Of a stretch of 64,000 nt of DNA, positions 31,590 through 45,116 are shown piece after piece. Each line of letters starts with the position of its first letter. The stretch's first letter is position 1. The notes beneath the pieces are model-generated. The model had not been told where the DNA came from, made no database searches, and saw nothing but the letters and a program-made list of their open reading frames with translations. The position numbers were made by a program, and so were the translations under genes. This DNA comes from the human T2T-CHM13v2.0 reference genome, Homo sapiens: assembly GCF_009914755.1 (NCBI RefSeq), contig NC_060935.1; one strand, given 5' to 3'.

Positions 31590-31820
31590 GAGGCAGCATT
31601 GCACAGTGAAAGAATTCTGGATATCTCAGGAGCCCCGAAATTCTAGCTCTGACTTTGCTGTTTCCAGTGGTATGACCTTGGAGAAGTCACTTATCCTCTT
31701 GGAGCCTCAGTTTCCTCATCTGCAGAATAATGACTGACTTGTCTAATTCATAGGGATGTGAGGTTCTGCTGAGGAAATGGGTATGAATGTGCCTTGAACA
31801 CAAAGCTCTGTCAATAAGTG
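31590..31820 (+). mobile_element. MIR in the IL10RA 3' UTR
   Basis: MIR core tgaccttggagaagtcactt..gagcctcagtttcctcatctg. Confidence 0.75.
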
Positions 31821-31838
31821 ATACATGTTTTTTATTCC

Positions 31839-31844
31839 AATAAA
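31839..31844 (+). terminator. IL10RA: IL10RA polyadenylation signal
   Basis: AATAAA with an upstream T-rich tract (tgttttttattcc) and downstream GT-containing sequence. Confidence 0.85.
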
Positions 31845-34012
31845 TTGTCAAGACCACAGGAATCGTGTGAAACTAGTCAGATTGCTGATGGCACATTGGC
31901 TCATGGAGGACTCGGTTGTTGATAATGAGGAGGGTAATAATGTGTGGGATGTGTGATGTCACTTTAAGGAAACAGGGCTGAGGACTCAGGCTTAAATCTG
32001 ACAGACCCAGGGAGTCCTCATGCTACCTGTATTGTGACCTTGGGCCCATTACTTATCCTCTCCAAGTTTTAATTTCCCCACCTGTCACGTGGAGTTGACA
32101 ACTCCCCATGAGGATGTTGTGAGGTGTAAATGAAATTGCACATAAAAAGTTTAACATGGTGCCAGGCATGTGGTACTATGTGCCACTAGCTGTCATTGGC
32201 TGTTGAGGCTGTAAAGAAAAATGGACAGCTTTTCTTGGAAACAAGTGAAAATGAAAGCGATAAGGAGTGTGCAGCGGGACTCTTTCAGAAGACAGAAAAG
32301 GAAGAGGTGGAAAGCACAATGCAACGTTTTGGATGTGAGTTCTGACAATGTGGAGAGAAGAACCTGGAAACCCCTCCTTTCCAGGAAGACAGCAAACCGG
32401 GCCTCCCTGGAGCTCTGTTCCCAGAGCCCTGTCCCTGGCTCCCCTTGCCCAGGAGGCATGTCCCAGTGGTGGTTCTCCTAAGTGCGGAAGCCATCTGCAC
32501 TCTATTCTAGAAGCAGCCTGCTCCCTCCATGAAAAACCCCATGTGGGTTTGAATTTCTCCCCATGCTCAGCCCAGTGGGTAGAACAAACCCAGGCCCGCG
32601 GCCTGAGCTTCCTGGGTGTGCTTTTCTCTTCGTCCTACCTGAATCCCCTAGAAGGTGACTGGGGACACCTCACCTCTTTTCCCCTGTGTCATCTCCAATC
32701 TTGCCTCACCCCGTTCATTCTGAGAAAATAACTAGTTCTGAGGAAGTGCTGATCCTATCATCTTCAGAGAACTTGACTAATATCACGCCATTTCAGACCT
32801 GCTCAGGCTTTTGCCCTAGAGCCCTCCTTGTCAATATTGGAAAGAAAAGTAGTGTTGGTCACTTTCTCCTGGAAATGAGGTGTTAGCGATGGCTTATTCC
32901 CCATGGAAAAGGCCCCTAAGGTCTAAATATAAAGATTCAGAGAGTAAAAGGAATTACATTCAAGGAACTGCAGCCAGTTTGGTTGGATACGACAGATCAA
33001 AGAGCAGCTTGCAGGACAGAAGGAAGTCAGAAGACGCAGCCCTTGGTGCAGGCCCTGCCTGCTCCGTTTCTGTGGAATGAGTAGGAGTTTGCGCTGGTTC
33101 ATCTCTGCTTTGAGGCTGCTCTGTAACCACTCACCACAGACAGGCCCTTGGGAGAAACTGAGCGAGTCCTTCCAAGCAGCCGGGGCTGATGAGACACTTG
33201 CAGATTTCTTGGGAATTTGGATTACAGCCCCCAACAGAAGGCCCCAGCTGTTCTTCAACTGAGCAATCTCCTTCAAGGGCTTTTCCAAGCTGAGGAATGC
33301 GTAATGCTGTCTTTGTGTGAGCTAATGGAACTTCCTCTTAGTACAGAGAGGGGGTAAATGGGCCACCATTGAGTGAAGAGGAAATTCAATAAACTGTGTT
33401 TTCCCAACTTTGTAAATAGCTATAGTCAGGGTGTGCCTTGTCTACCCAGCATATATTCATCCCCCGGCCTCAGTGTTCACACTTTCACAGAAGACACACA
33501 GTCCCTAGGAAGCTGGGTCCCACCCCCAGAGCCCATGCTGCTCTGCTGGGTGGAAGGTCTCTGAGCCCCACATGGGAACAGCACAGCAAGGGAAGCTGTA
33601 GGCTGTGACCACCTGGGACCACTGACAGGTCTGCTGCCTAAGTGGCAGGTCTGGGCAGTCAGGGCTGATTTGATCAAGCCTCAACCTAGAGGACCCTAGA
33701 TACTAGGAAGCTTGACTCATTCATTTCCTGTTGTGCTCATGGGTTAAAAAAGCAAACCCACAGTTTTGGGTTTGAAGTAAACCCCAATTTAAAATTAAAT
33801 GCATTGTTATTAATGACACACAGCACATTTTCCCACTATCATCTCGATCCTAACTTCACTTAATTTCCCATAAACCTCCAAAAAGGGTTGTGGGACCCAA
33901 TAAACACTCTGCCGAAGAAGGACTGGGTAGGATAAAACTTGTGTTTTAAGAATATGGCTCTATCCAAAGCATCAGACATGAATCAGAAAGGATGGGGCAG
34001 GAGGCAAAGAGA

Positions 34013-36755
34013 CCTGGCTGGAGACTTTTATTGTAGTCAGCATTTCATTTTGTCAAAAAACATTACGAAGCACTTGTTATGTGTTGGACATGGTGTGCAG
34101 CCCTGGGTACAGAGTGGTGAACCAAACAAGTGTGGCTTCATGGAGCCTGTCATCTGGTTATGAAGATAAACACCAAGCAAATAAACACAACAAATGTATT
34201 ACTACAATCAGTGATAAGTGATGTGAAAGAAACTAGTATTCCACATGAAGGATGAGGCAGGAGGCAGAGAAACAGGGTAGGAGGCTGTCTTAGGCTGGGC
34301 TACTATAACAAAACACCATGGACTGGGTGGCTTAAACAACAGACATTTATCTCTCACAGTTCTGGAGGTGGGGAAGTGCAGGATCAAGGTGCCAGCTGAG
34401 TGAGTTCCCTGGGAGGGCTCTCTTCCTGGCTTGGAGACGGCCTCCTTCTTGCTGTGGCCTTACACGGTGGAGATAAAGAACTCTGGTCTCTCTTCCACTT
34501 TCTTACAAGGGCACTAATCCCATCATGGAGGCCCCATCCTCATGACCTCATCTAAACCAATTACCTCCCAGAGGCTTTACCTCCAAATACCGTCACATTG
34601 GGAGTGACAGCTTCAACATGAATTTGGGGAAGACAAAAATATTCAGTTCATAAGAGAGGCTTATACAATAGTCTAATCAAATGACAGTATTGAGCAGGGG
34701 CAGTGGGAACAGAGAGAAAGGGACAGACTCAAAGACATTTTAAAGGAAGCATTATCAAGATGGGGCAACAGGCTGGAGTGAAAGAAGGAGGTCTCAGAAG
34801 TGCTAGTCACACTTGAACCCGATGATGAGAAAAGTGAAATATGGACATGGAAGGGAGACAGAGGTGTGGAGGGAGAGGGGAGATGATGAGTTCTGGCTTA
34901 ATAATGACAAGTCATCCAAGAAAAGGTCTTTCAGCAATTGGCAAGGCTGGCCTGGATCTGTGAGGCTCAGGGTTAGCGATTCCCATGTGAGAGTGAATGA
35001 GCTCATAGCCCTTAGTGTGAAGGTAAGGACGCCGGCTTGGAGAAGATCCCCAAACCCCTGCAGCCAATACAGTTAGAATATTCACGCGATGACTTCCTGC
35101 CTTGAGGAAAAGCAGGCTGCCATCCCTTCAACTCATCGAGTCACAGGAGCCACGGCTGTGTTTGGCATCTGTCTTGCAGAGCCCAGCCAGGAGCCTCACT
35201 GGGGCTCCTTGGTCAATCACAGCCCATCATCAAGGGTGCAGCTGAGGGCTCCCTTTAGTAAGTTGTCTAATCTGTAGAGCTGAGAGGCTCAGGGAGGGGT
35301 ACAGACTAGTACATGATCTGCAAAGGCCTGGGTGTAGGGTGCCACACCTGTCTACCTCTACCCACATGGGGCAGAAGGGCGTGGTGGAGATTAAGACCTC
35401 ACAGTGACCCTGGAGAGAACAGGAACATTCTTCAGAATCCTACTATCTGGTCACCCCAGCCCTGGAAGTGACCCTTGCCCTCCACCTCCCCACATCCCCT
35501 CTACCTGTCCCCTAAGGCAGAGTTTCTCAGAAGATTGCCTCTATCAGAATTACATGGGAGTATTTGTCTTCCTAAGCTGCTCCCCAAGGCCCAGAATTTC
35601 TGAATACCGGTTCCCAAGGACCTGCTAGGGAAACAACTTATAGCGACCACATTGCAGGTGATTCCAGCACACACTGAGTCACCTCTTTAAGGAACAACTT
35701 GTTGATTCGCTGCTTGTTCTATTAAAATCAGTCCTTTTTCTCCTCACTGCCCCCTACTTGTTATCACCCAGTCCACACCTTTAAGTGTTATCTGGATGCT
35801 GGTGGCTTCCAAATGTCCAAACAGGGTTTCTCTCCAGAACTCTATCCAGCTGCCTCATCAGCAGCTCCGTCCAGCATACATCTCAAAATTATAGTGTCTA
35901 CAACAGAGCTCATGATTCCCCTGACACTCCTTCCTCCCCTAGTCTTCCCCACCTGATAAATGGCACCACCTTTCCCCTAGTTCAGGCCAAAAATCCAGGA
36001 GTCAGCCCTTTCTGCCCCATCAAACTCCTTAGTAAGTCCTATCAGCTCTACCTTCCAGATAGATGGTGAATCCAATCACTTGTCACCACCTCCCACTGTC
36101 ATCTGGTCAAATTCATCTTCACCTCTCCCCTGGACCACCATGAGGCTCTGTCCTGCTCCTCTGCATCCACTCCTGCTCCCTCAGTCTAATCTCCATACCG
36201 CAGTCCTCCTGATGCAGTGCACAGAGCTGCATGGGCTCCCCCAGAACTGGAGGAGCTGGGCAGTAAGCAGATGGCAGGCAGTGGGCACTGCAGACGAGAC
36301 TTTGTCAGGCCAGGAGGACGGGAGGCACCGACTGTATGGGCTGTCATGGGGATGTGCACAGGGGTCGATGGCGTGTGGAGAGCGGGCATTTGGCCCAGCT
36401 GGCGCTTTCTGGGAGGCCTCCTTGGGGAAGACAAGACAAAGGTTCTGAAAACTTACTGGCCAGCACCACCTTCTCTCCCATCCTTCACAATCAACTTTTT
36501 GAAAGAATTGAAAGACTCACTGACTCCACTTCCAACTGCTTCTGCAGCACTGACAGCTCCAGGGACACCCCGCACATGGTATGCTATAATATGCGAATGG
36601 CCGGATGGACTGCCGCAGCAAGCTTGTTGGTCTGGAAATGCTCCAAAGGCAAAGAGGAAGAGGCAACAGCCCCAGGGAGTAGAAAGAATGCTCAGCCACT
36701 TTCTGTTCTCTCCACATGAAACTGTCATGTCAGTTCTGGGCCTCAGTCTTCTCAT
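34013..36755 (-). other. SMIM35: Probable non-coding terminal exon (3' UTR) of SMIM35
   Basis: Minus-strand acceptor tccatttcacag| at 36756 and minus-strand AATAAA (plus TTTATT 34027-34032); agrees with my recollection of the gene model. Confidence 0.6.
34286..34655 (-). mobile_element. MLT1A-type MaLR solo LTR
   Basis: ataacaaaacaccat..gactgggtggcttaaacaacagacattta; 5-bp TSD GAGGC (34281-85, 34656-60). Confidence 0.85.
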
Positions 36756-37778
36756 CTGTGAAATGGACACAGTAGTCTTCAAGTTGACTTCTTTAATTAG
36801 TGCCCTGGGCACATTGCTACCCCTGAGTGTGCTACATGCAGTACTGACTGTAGGCTCCTGGGCAGCAAAAACCCCTCTGATTTCTCTCTGTGTCCTTTGC
36901 ACCCAATCAATGCCTAACACATCGCAATGGGTGCTCAATACTCAATAAATTTTGATGAATAAATGAGTGCATGGATGAATGAATTTCTTCCATTCGTGGT
37001 AAGGAACTTGAAGAAGCATAGTATCCAAACATGAGAAGGCAACAGTGGTGATGGTAGCTTGTGGCTGAACAGATACTTGGGAGGCATTTAGACTGAGCCT
37101 AAAGAAAAGCAGCCTGTATATATCTATTATTTTAAATTTTATCTTCAGGCTTGTCATCTTCCTAGCTGAGTCATATCATGCTGGATCCCTTCCCTGCAAT
37201 TTTCACCCTACAACTCTTGGGTGTTGTAGGAACTCAGGGCTATAGACCAAATGGGAAGGCAAGGGGATGTGGTCAAGAGACAAGGCAAAGGACCATGAAA
37301 ACATTCAACATGCATTCACTCTTTGGGCAAACATTCATTGAGCCTCTGTCATGGGCAGGCCCTCTGGAAATACAAAAGGCATCAGACATGATCCTTCTCC
37401 TTCTTGGCTCAGTTGTGTAGTACATACACACACACACGCACACGCACACACACACAGGGGTGTCTCCACCCACCTCCTTCTCCACTCCCCACCCCCACCC
37501 AGCACTGTGGAACTGATTAGAGTCCATCTGGAGGGAGAAGTAGGTTCTTGGGGGCCAAAGATGTCAGAGTAGCTGCCAGTTTGGACTGAGGCTAGAAGTG
37601 GGTGAAAAAGGATTATTCCGAGTTACCTGAGCTCTGAAATAGCCTCCCAGCTGGAAGGGACCTCAGAGTCCTCAGGTCCAATGGCAGCCTTATACAAACA
37701 AACACAGCATCAGGGGCTCAGAGAGCTTGCGCTCACCAGCTACAAGGGGAGGAAATGGGACTAGAATAGAAGATGTAA

Positions 37779-38072
<294 letters not shown>

Positions 38073-38253
38073 GAAGATGTGACTTCTTATACTGCTCACC
38101 ATCATCCCCCCAGTGGTTCTCTGCTTATCATGAGAAACCGCATCCTCCTGATTAGGGAGGAGTAGACCAACCCAATAGCTCTGCAGATAAAAACTCACTT
38201 CCAGCACTGCCCAACCTGTTTTTTCTTGATTTGTTTTTCAACTTCTTGCTTTC

Positions 38254-38548
38254 TTTTTTTTTTTTTCTTTTGACAGTCTTGCTCTGTCTCCAGGCTGGAG
38301 TCCAGTGGCACAATCTCAGCTCTCTGCAACATCTGCCTCCCAGATTCAAGCAATTCCCTTGCCTCAGCCTCCCTAGTAGCTAGGATTATAGGCACGAGCC
38401 ACCACGCTCGGCTAATTTTTGTAGTTTTAGCAGAGATGGGTTTTCACTATGTTGGCCAGGCTGATCTTGAACTCCTGACCTCAAGTGATCCACCCGCCTT
38501 GGCTTCCCAAAGTGCTAGGATTACAGGCGTGAGCCACCGTGCCCGGCC
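38254..38548 (-). mobile_element. AluS
   Basis: Reverse dimeric Alu. Confidence 0.9.
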
Positions 38549-38688
38549 ACACCTGTTGTTTTGCTGGCCTGCTGCTACTCTGGGCAGGCAGAACATTTTC
38601 ACTTCTGGTCTCCAAGTGTGAGAATTCACCAGGCCACTGGCTTCCTGTTTTGTACCAGATCTGTTTAAATATCACGGCTTCTAGATGG

Positions 38689-40789
38689 TTTTAGATCACT
38701 AAGCAGTTTTTAGAAATATAATAATGATCCTCCCATCTGCTCCCACTTTGAGTTTCTCAGACCCCTGGAGCAGAGAGTGGAGCACCAGAGACTCTGGCCT
38801 CCTGGCTCCTGGCACCAGGCCCCCTCCAATGCCACTGGCATGGGACAAGACCATTAAGATTTGAAGAAGAACCTAGAGGAGAGAAAAGCTCCCTCTTCAC
38901 CTGCCAGCCTTGTCACGGTTTTGATCATTCCTTAGGTTATCCTTTAAGATAGAAAAATCGTCATCTGTGTGCTCTCTCTCAGAAATGTAACTGATCATGA
39001 GCACAAGGTTGAATGTAGTCAAGGATGGGGAGAGATCAAAAGTTTTGGTTTTCAGAGCACCTAGGATTGCACCAGGGATGAAGCAATGCCCAAGATGTTC
39101 TGAAGAGAGATTTCAACACAATTTCCTGAGAAGTTCCTGGCTATGGCCAGAGCCATGCAAAGTACCGTGGAGAACTCAGAAGAGGTTTAAAACCTGATTC
39201 TGCCTGCAAGAAATGCCCATCAAATAGGAGAAAGCAAGGTTAATTTCAGGGAGACTGGATGCCCCCATGGTGCCTAGCATAGTTCCTGGCATGTTATGGA
39301 AGCAGCGTGAATAAATGAATGCAAAGAAATAATCAATAATAAAGTTATGGGGGCCTGAGACTATCTGTATTTAAAATCAGCAGAGCACAAGATCCATGGG
39401 TCTTACAGAAGTCTCCCTGGAGAAGGGAAATTTGAGCTGGCATGAAGAATGGGCAGAATTTGGTGATTTGGAGGTCAAGGAAGTTCTAAAAAAACAAAAG
39501 GAAGAAAGAGGAGTGGGTCAGTGGGAAGCTCAGAGCTGAGGATGGGGCCTGGGGAGGACTGGGCTCCTGAGCGCCCTTCTCACCACACAAGGAGACCCCA
39601 AAAAGAGATTAGAGACCATCTGGAGGGAGGAGTATGTTCTTGGGGGCCAAGGATGTTAGGATAGCTGCCAGTTTGGACTGAGGCTAGAAGTGGGTGACAA
39701 AGGACTATAAAGAAAATAGATTCTTGCTTGGCCTTGAACAAATCACTTCACGGCACTCTGGGCCTCTGTTCCCTCACCTGTGAGGCTGTGAGGATGAAGA
39801 CGCGCATCATAAGCCTCTGCCCTGCACTGATATGTGCTCAGCAAATGTTAGCGTTTCACCCTACAGGTAAAGTTGGTTGGGAATGGGCCAGACTTGGAAC
39901 CTGGTCAGACACACGCAGAGTCAAGGAAAGGCTAAGTAATGCTTAGAATCCTAGACCACTAGGGAACTGCAGCCATCACCTTTCAACTGCCATCTCCTAA
40001 ATTAGAAAGATATATTGACACTTTGTACTTGCATCTTTTAATTGTTTACTGAGCACCTACTATGGACCAGGCTATACGCTAAGAACTGAGAATGCAGACG
40101 CTTTAAAAAAAAAAAAAAAAAAAGTAGATGAGGTCTTTGCTCTCCTACAGGTAAGAACCAGGAGAAGCCTTGGAAAAATAGTCCAATCTTTTGATTCCAG
40201 ATGCTGAAATAGATGTCCAAAGAGGTGGAGTAAGTAGCCCATGACCACACAGCACATCAGGGCAGGGTCAGAACCAGACCTTATACTACATTCAGTTCTC
40301 ATCCTTACGCCCTGATGTCAGCTACATCCGTGAGGGTGCAGACTCTGCTCAGCTCTGGTGCAGCCAGTAGCCAGTTGTGGAACTTGGGTAAAGCATGCTG
40401 CTTTTCTGACCCAAGTGCCCCCATATGTAAAACGGGACCAAGAATAATCCCTGTGTCTCAAGCTTGACATAAGGCTCAAAATGCAGTACCATGCAAGAAA
40501 AGGCTTTGTGTTCTGTGGACTGTGAACTGTGCAAACAGTCTCTGCTCCTCCTTTTGATCACTAAGCAGTTTTTAAAAAGATAATAATGATCCTCCCATCT
40601 GCTCCTACTTTGAGTTTCTCAGACTCCTGAAGCAGAGAGAGGGGCACCAGAGACACTGCCCTCCTGGCTCCTGGCACCTGGCCCCCTCCAATGCCACTGG
40701 CATGGGACGAGATCATTAAGACTTCAAGGAGAACTTAGAGGAGAGAAAAGCTCCCTCTTCGCCTCCCAGCCTCATCATGATTTTGATCA
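38689..40789 (+). repeat. Dispersed direct repeat, about 239 bp (38689-38927 and 40552-40789)
   Basis: Colinear copies with long identical blocks (gatcactaagcagttttta; ataatgatcctcccatctgctcc; ggccccctccaatgccactggcatgggac; tagaggagagaaaagctccctcttc). Confidence 0.95.
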
Positions 40790-41754
40790 ATTTTCTAGGA
40801 CAAAGCAGCCTTCTGTGGCTACATTGGGTGTCTCTTCTCTACTCGGCAAGTAGTCACTGACCTCCTCCAGCACGCTCCAGTTTTAGGAGTTACTAAAGAC
40901 CTATGGAACATAACTTTGTTGGCAGAGGGTTCAGCCTGGTTGAGGAACAGCACAAATGGAGGAAATGTGGCCACCTGCAATTCAGATCAAAATGGTTGGT
41001 GTCAAGTCTCAAGCCCTGAGCGAAGTCACAGCAAAGACGGACTTGGGCCATCTCACAGAGACTAGATATGGCCAGGAGGGGAGGGGCTGCAGGGACAAGA
41101 GGCCACCCAGGCTGGAGAATAGCCCCAGAGAAGGCACCAAAGCGTGGCAGGGGAACCCGGACCAGCCAGCCCTTGGACCCCCAGCCCCCGTGACTGCCTC
41201 TGGGCTCTTAGGGCCAGTGGAAAGAAGAACCGTAAAAAGGTAGCGGGAAGGTGTTGGGAGAGGCTCTGGCACTGCTATGATCTGGGTCCCAGCCAGTGCC
41301 TGGCTCAGCCAAACCTGTGGCTGGGTTTCCAGGCATCTGCTCCCGAATCGTTTCTAAACAAGCTGGAATCTGCCCTTTAGAGCCCTCAACAGAAACACGC
41401 AAAGTCCAGGGGTAAGGCCCAGGCCCCAAGGGTGAAGAAAGCTGTGCTCGCCAGTAGCCTGCGGAAGTAAGGAAAAGAGGGGGAGGCTGAGGGGACAGAG
41501 GGTGCGTCAGAGGGCCCTAAAAGAGGAAGTCGCCCAGTATCAGTTCTGCTCCCGAGGATGGGAAATACCCTCCGTGCTCCCAGCCCCGGGCAGCTGTCCC
41601 CGTCTCCTCACCTGAAGCCACAGACCTGGGGCCAGGGCCACCTGGGTCCTGGGTCCCATCCTCCCTTTCAAGATTCCCCAAGGCTACTGAGTTCTGAGCA
41701 CTTCCGGGGGCCTAGGGTGGCCGGGCATGGACTGCAGACCCAGGATCCCTGCTA

Positions 41755-42174
<420 letters not shown>

Positions 42175-44159
42175 TCATCTCCCCTCCCTGCTATTCCAAG
42201 AGGCCTTCAAGGAAGGGAGGGGTCTCAGAACCACTAAGGGGCCTTCCTCACTCCCACTTACTCAGGGGCAGAAGACTCAGTTGAAGACCTCCAAATCCAG
42301 AGACTTGGTAATTAAGTCAAAGCCTGGCTATGCTGGGAGAATGGCCTCCAGACCCTGGCAGAAAATGGGGTAAGGGCTGGTGAGGCTCCCCACCTTCCTT
42401 CCTCTACAATCTGCTAGAACCCAAAACGAGAAATGAGGCTTTGGGAAAGGGAGCACAGGAAGAGAAATCACACAGCTTCCCTCCTCCTCCCACTTGCTCT
42501 ATTGGGCTCCTGCATCTGTTGCTGGGCTGCTAGCAGAGAGGCTGGCAGCTGGCTGTTCTAACTGCAGGTTTCAGCAGTGACAGGCTCCCTTCTCTTGCCC
42601 TACTCCATCCACAGGAGCCCCGAGGACTCTGCCTCTCTGGTTTGAACAAGTCTGCACTAAGCACCTTCTAAGCTGACGTCCTGTGCACACTCTGCCTCCA
42701 GTCCAGCAGGGCACAGACCGGAGAAAGGAGTGATGACTCACGAGGGGAACTGCCCTGCTGTCTACCAAACTACAGTGGATTCCTGGTTTCCCTGGTGCAT
42801 TATCTGGTTTGTTCAGCCTCGCCTGGGTTCCTCTTCACACTCCCACCATTTCTGGCCCACTTTTGCCACAGGACAGGCTTTGCACAAGAAATGCAGAACA
42901 CTGTAATGTAGAACTCACCCACTCCCCCGTGCCCAGCCCATTGCAGGAGCCTAGGCGACAAGAACATGTTTCTAGACTGTTCTCAGCACTGCACATCAAA
43001 ATTGGGAGTTGGCCATGTTTGGGAGGCACTGAGGCCTTGAGCAGTAAGAGAACAGGCCCAGATTGGGGATGGGGCAGGGGGAGGGTTGAAAGTGCTGGAA
43101 TCAAGTACAGAGGGGGCAGGGCAGAGTCGAGGCCCAGCTCAGTCTTCAGGGAAGTTGGCCTCAGGTGGGAATGTTAAAACCATGTCTGGAATCACCTCTG
43201 TATAACTTTGCTTATTGAAGCTATGAGTGGCTTTCTGGCCCCTGGTCAACCCTACAAGGGCAGGTAACTGGAGATACTACATAAAGAAGCTCCCTGCTGG
43301 TGTCTGGAGGCCTTGCCCACACTGGACTGCACTGGGCAGGGCTGGTTCTCCAGGACATCTGTGACCCCTCCTACAGGCTCAGGGGCTTCCTGGGATCTAG
43401 ATTCCTCCTGAGGAATGGTGGCCTCTTTTAGTTCTGAGAGAAAGCCGCTGCTGCCCAGCCAGACTCCATTCCCAGAGGCCTGACTCCCCAGGACTCCCAT
43501 ACCATAGGCTGGTGGCGTATCCAGAGGAGACCCCCTCATTCTCCACAATGAGGGGCCAGGCCAGGCCTTGAAGATCCGAGGGGATGAGGGCAGTCCAGGG
43601 GAGCCTGGGAGGGGCAAGAACTGCCCAAGAGAGAAATGGTTTGAATGGGAAAAAGCAACTGAGATGTGGGGAAGGGATGGGCTTAAAGGCAGGCAAGGGA
43701 ACGTGTGGCCAGAGTTGGCGGGCCATGAAGCAGGGGAGGCTCCTGGGCTCAGAAAGCTCAGAACTGAAGTGCTAGAGTGATGCTTCTTGGAGATATTGGC
43801 CATCTGGAAATTTTATCTCAGAGCAAGAGTTAAGATAAAAAGCTGTGCTCTAGAAGCTTCCACCTTGAATGCAAACAGAACCTTCCCAGGAAGGAAAGGC
43901 CGGGCATGGATTGGGTGGACAGGAGGAAACAGGGCAGGCCCAGTGCCAGAAGCGGGTGGGGGAAAACATGACCCAAGCCTGAGATCGGCACCAGAAGACA
44001 GGGGATGAACCAAATAATCTCTTTGGGTTCCAAGTGGTCCTTGGTGCGAGGCTTGGGTGACTGGACCCTCTTAGGACCTTACTTGGACATCAGGCTCACT
44101 CGGCAGCTCTCCCAACTCCAACTCACCTCCCCAGGGCTTCACAAGTTGCTGTCTCTGCA

Positions 44160-44282
<123 letters not shown>

Positions 44283-44676
44283 CTACTGGAGCTGATAACC
44301 TAGCCTCTCCCTGGGTCCCCATCTCCCTTGACTCCAGGGCACCAACTCACTGACTTGTCTTCCAGAAAAGGAAGTGGGCCACTTACCATAATCATCTCTC
44401 AGGGCCAAAGGAGGTACAGCCCTGCCTGTGGCAAGTAGATGAGATGACCAACGCCAAGAGGACTTCCAGCTCGCACTCCCTGAATCCCTGATTTTCTGAT
44501 ATGCTCTTCTTTCTGATACCATCTTGTGCCTGAGATTACATTATTTGTAATCAGACCTGTCTCCAGCAGAGACATGAAATGCTTGAAGACAGAGACTATG
44601 CCCAGTCATCTTTGTACTCTTTGAAACTAATACGGCAGTAGTGGTGGTTATGATAGCATCTTTCTGAATAAATGAT

Positions 44677-44834
44677 AAGGAAGGAAAGAAGGAAGGAAGG
44701 AAGGGAAGGGAAGGAAAGGAAAGGAAGGAAGAAAGGAAGGCAGCTCTGTCTGCTTGGGGGAGAGATGGATGGATGGATGGATGGATGGATGGATGGATGG
44801 ATGGATGAATGGATGGATGGATGGGTGGATGGAT
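44677..44834. repeat. (GGAA)n-like tract followed by a (GGAT)n tetranucleotide microsatellite in an SMIM35 intron
   Basis: Direct reading of the sequence. Confidence 0.95.
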
Positions 44835-45082
44835 GTTCCCTGCCTAAGGGTGAGTGTTAAGGAGATCATTGTCATCAGGGTTTCACATAGTCCTGTCTGT
44901 GTTCAAATTTTAATTCATGGGACTTTTCTAAATGGATTCTCGTGCCCTTCTTTTATTTTCTTAGGGGCATGAACAGAAGACAGGAAAGGGAACCAGTCAG
45001 TTCTTAATCTATCTTTGATTCTTTTTCCATTATATCTACCCCCAACCCCCACCTCACCCAGATATTCCCTGAATTTACTCAC

Positions 45083-45116
45083 CGGATTTGATATAAGTTG
45101 AAGACAAAATTAGGCC
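45083..45116 (-). CDS. SMIM35: SMIM35 34-nt coding micro-exon
   Basis: Acceptor tcttcctag|; (G)PNFVFNLYQI(R); donor CG|gtgagt; phases match both neighbouring exons. Confidence 0.88.

Larger units (their letters stand above)
30021..31858 (+). other. IL10RA: IL10RA 3' UTR
   Basis: Runs from the stop codon to about 14 nt after AATAAA (31839-31844). Confidence 0.85.

Noticed and set aside
36217-36948. 243-aa plus-strand ORF
   Set aside because: No recognisable domain; it runs through MIR/L2-like sequence and is antisense to the presumed SMIM35 UTR
44648-44972. ORFs with WMDG or HPSI repeats
   Set aside because: Translations of the (GGAT)n microsatellite
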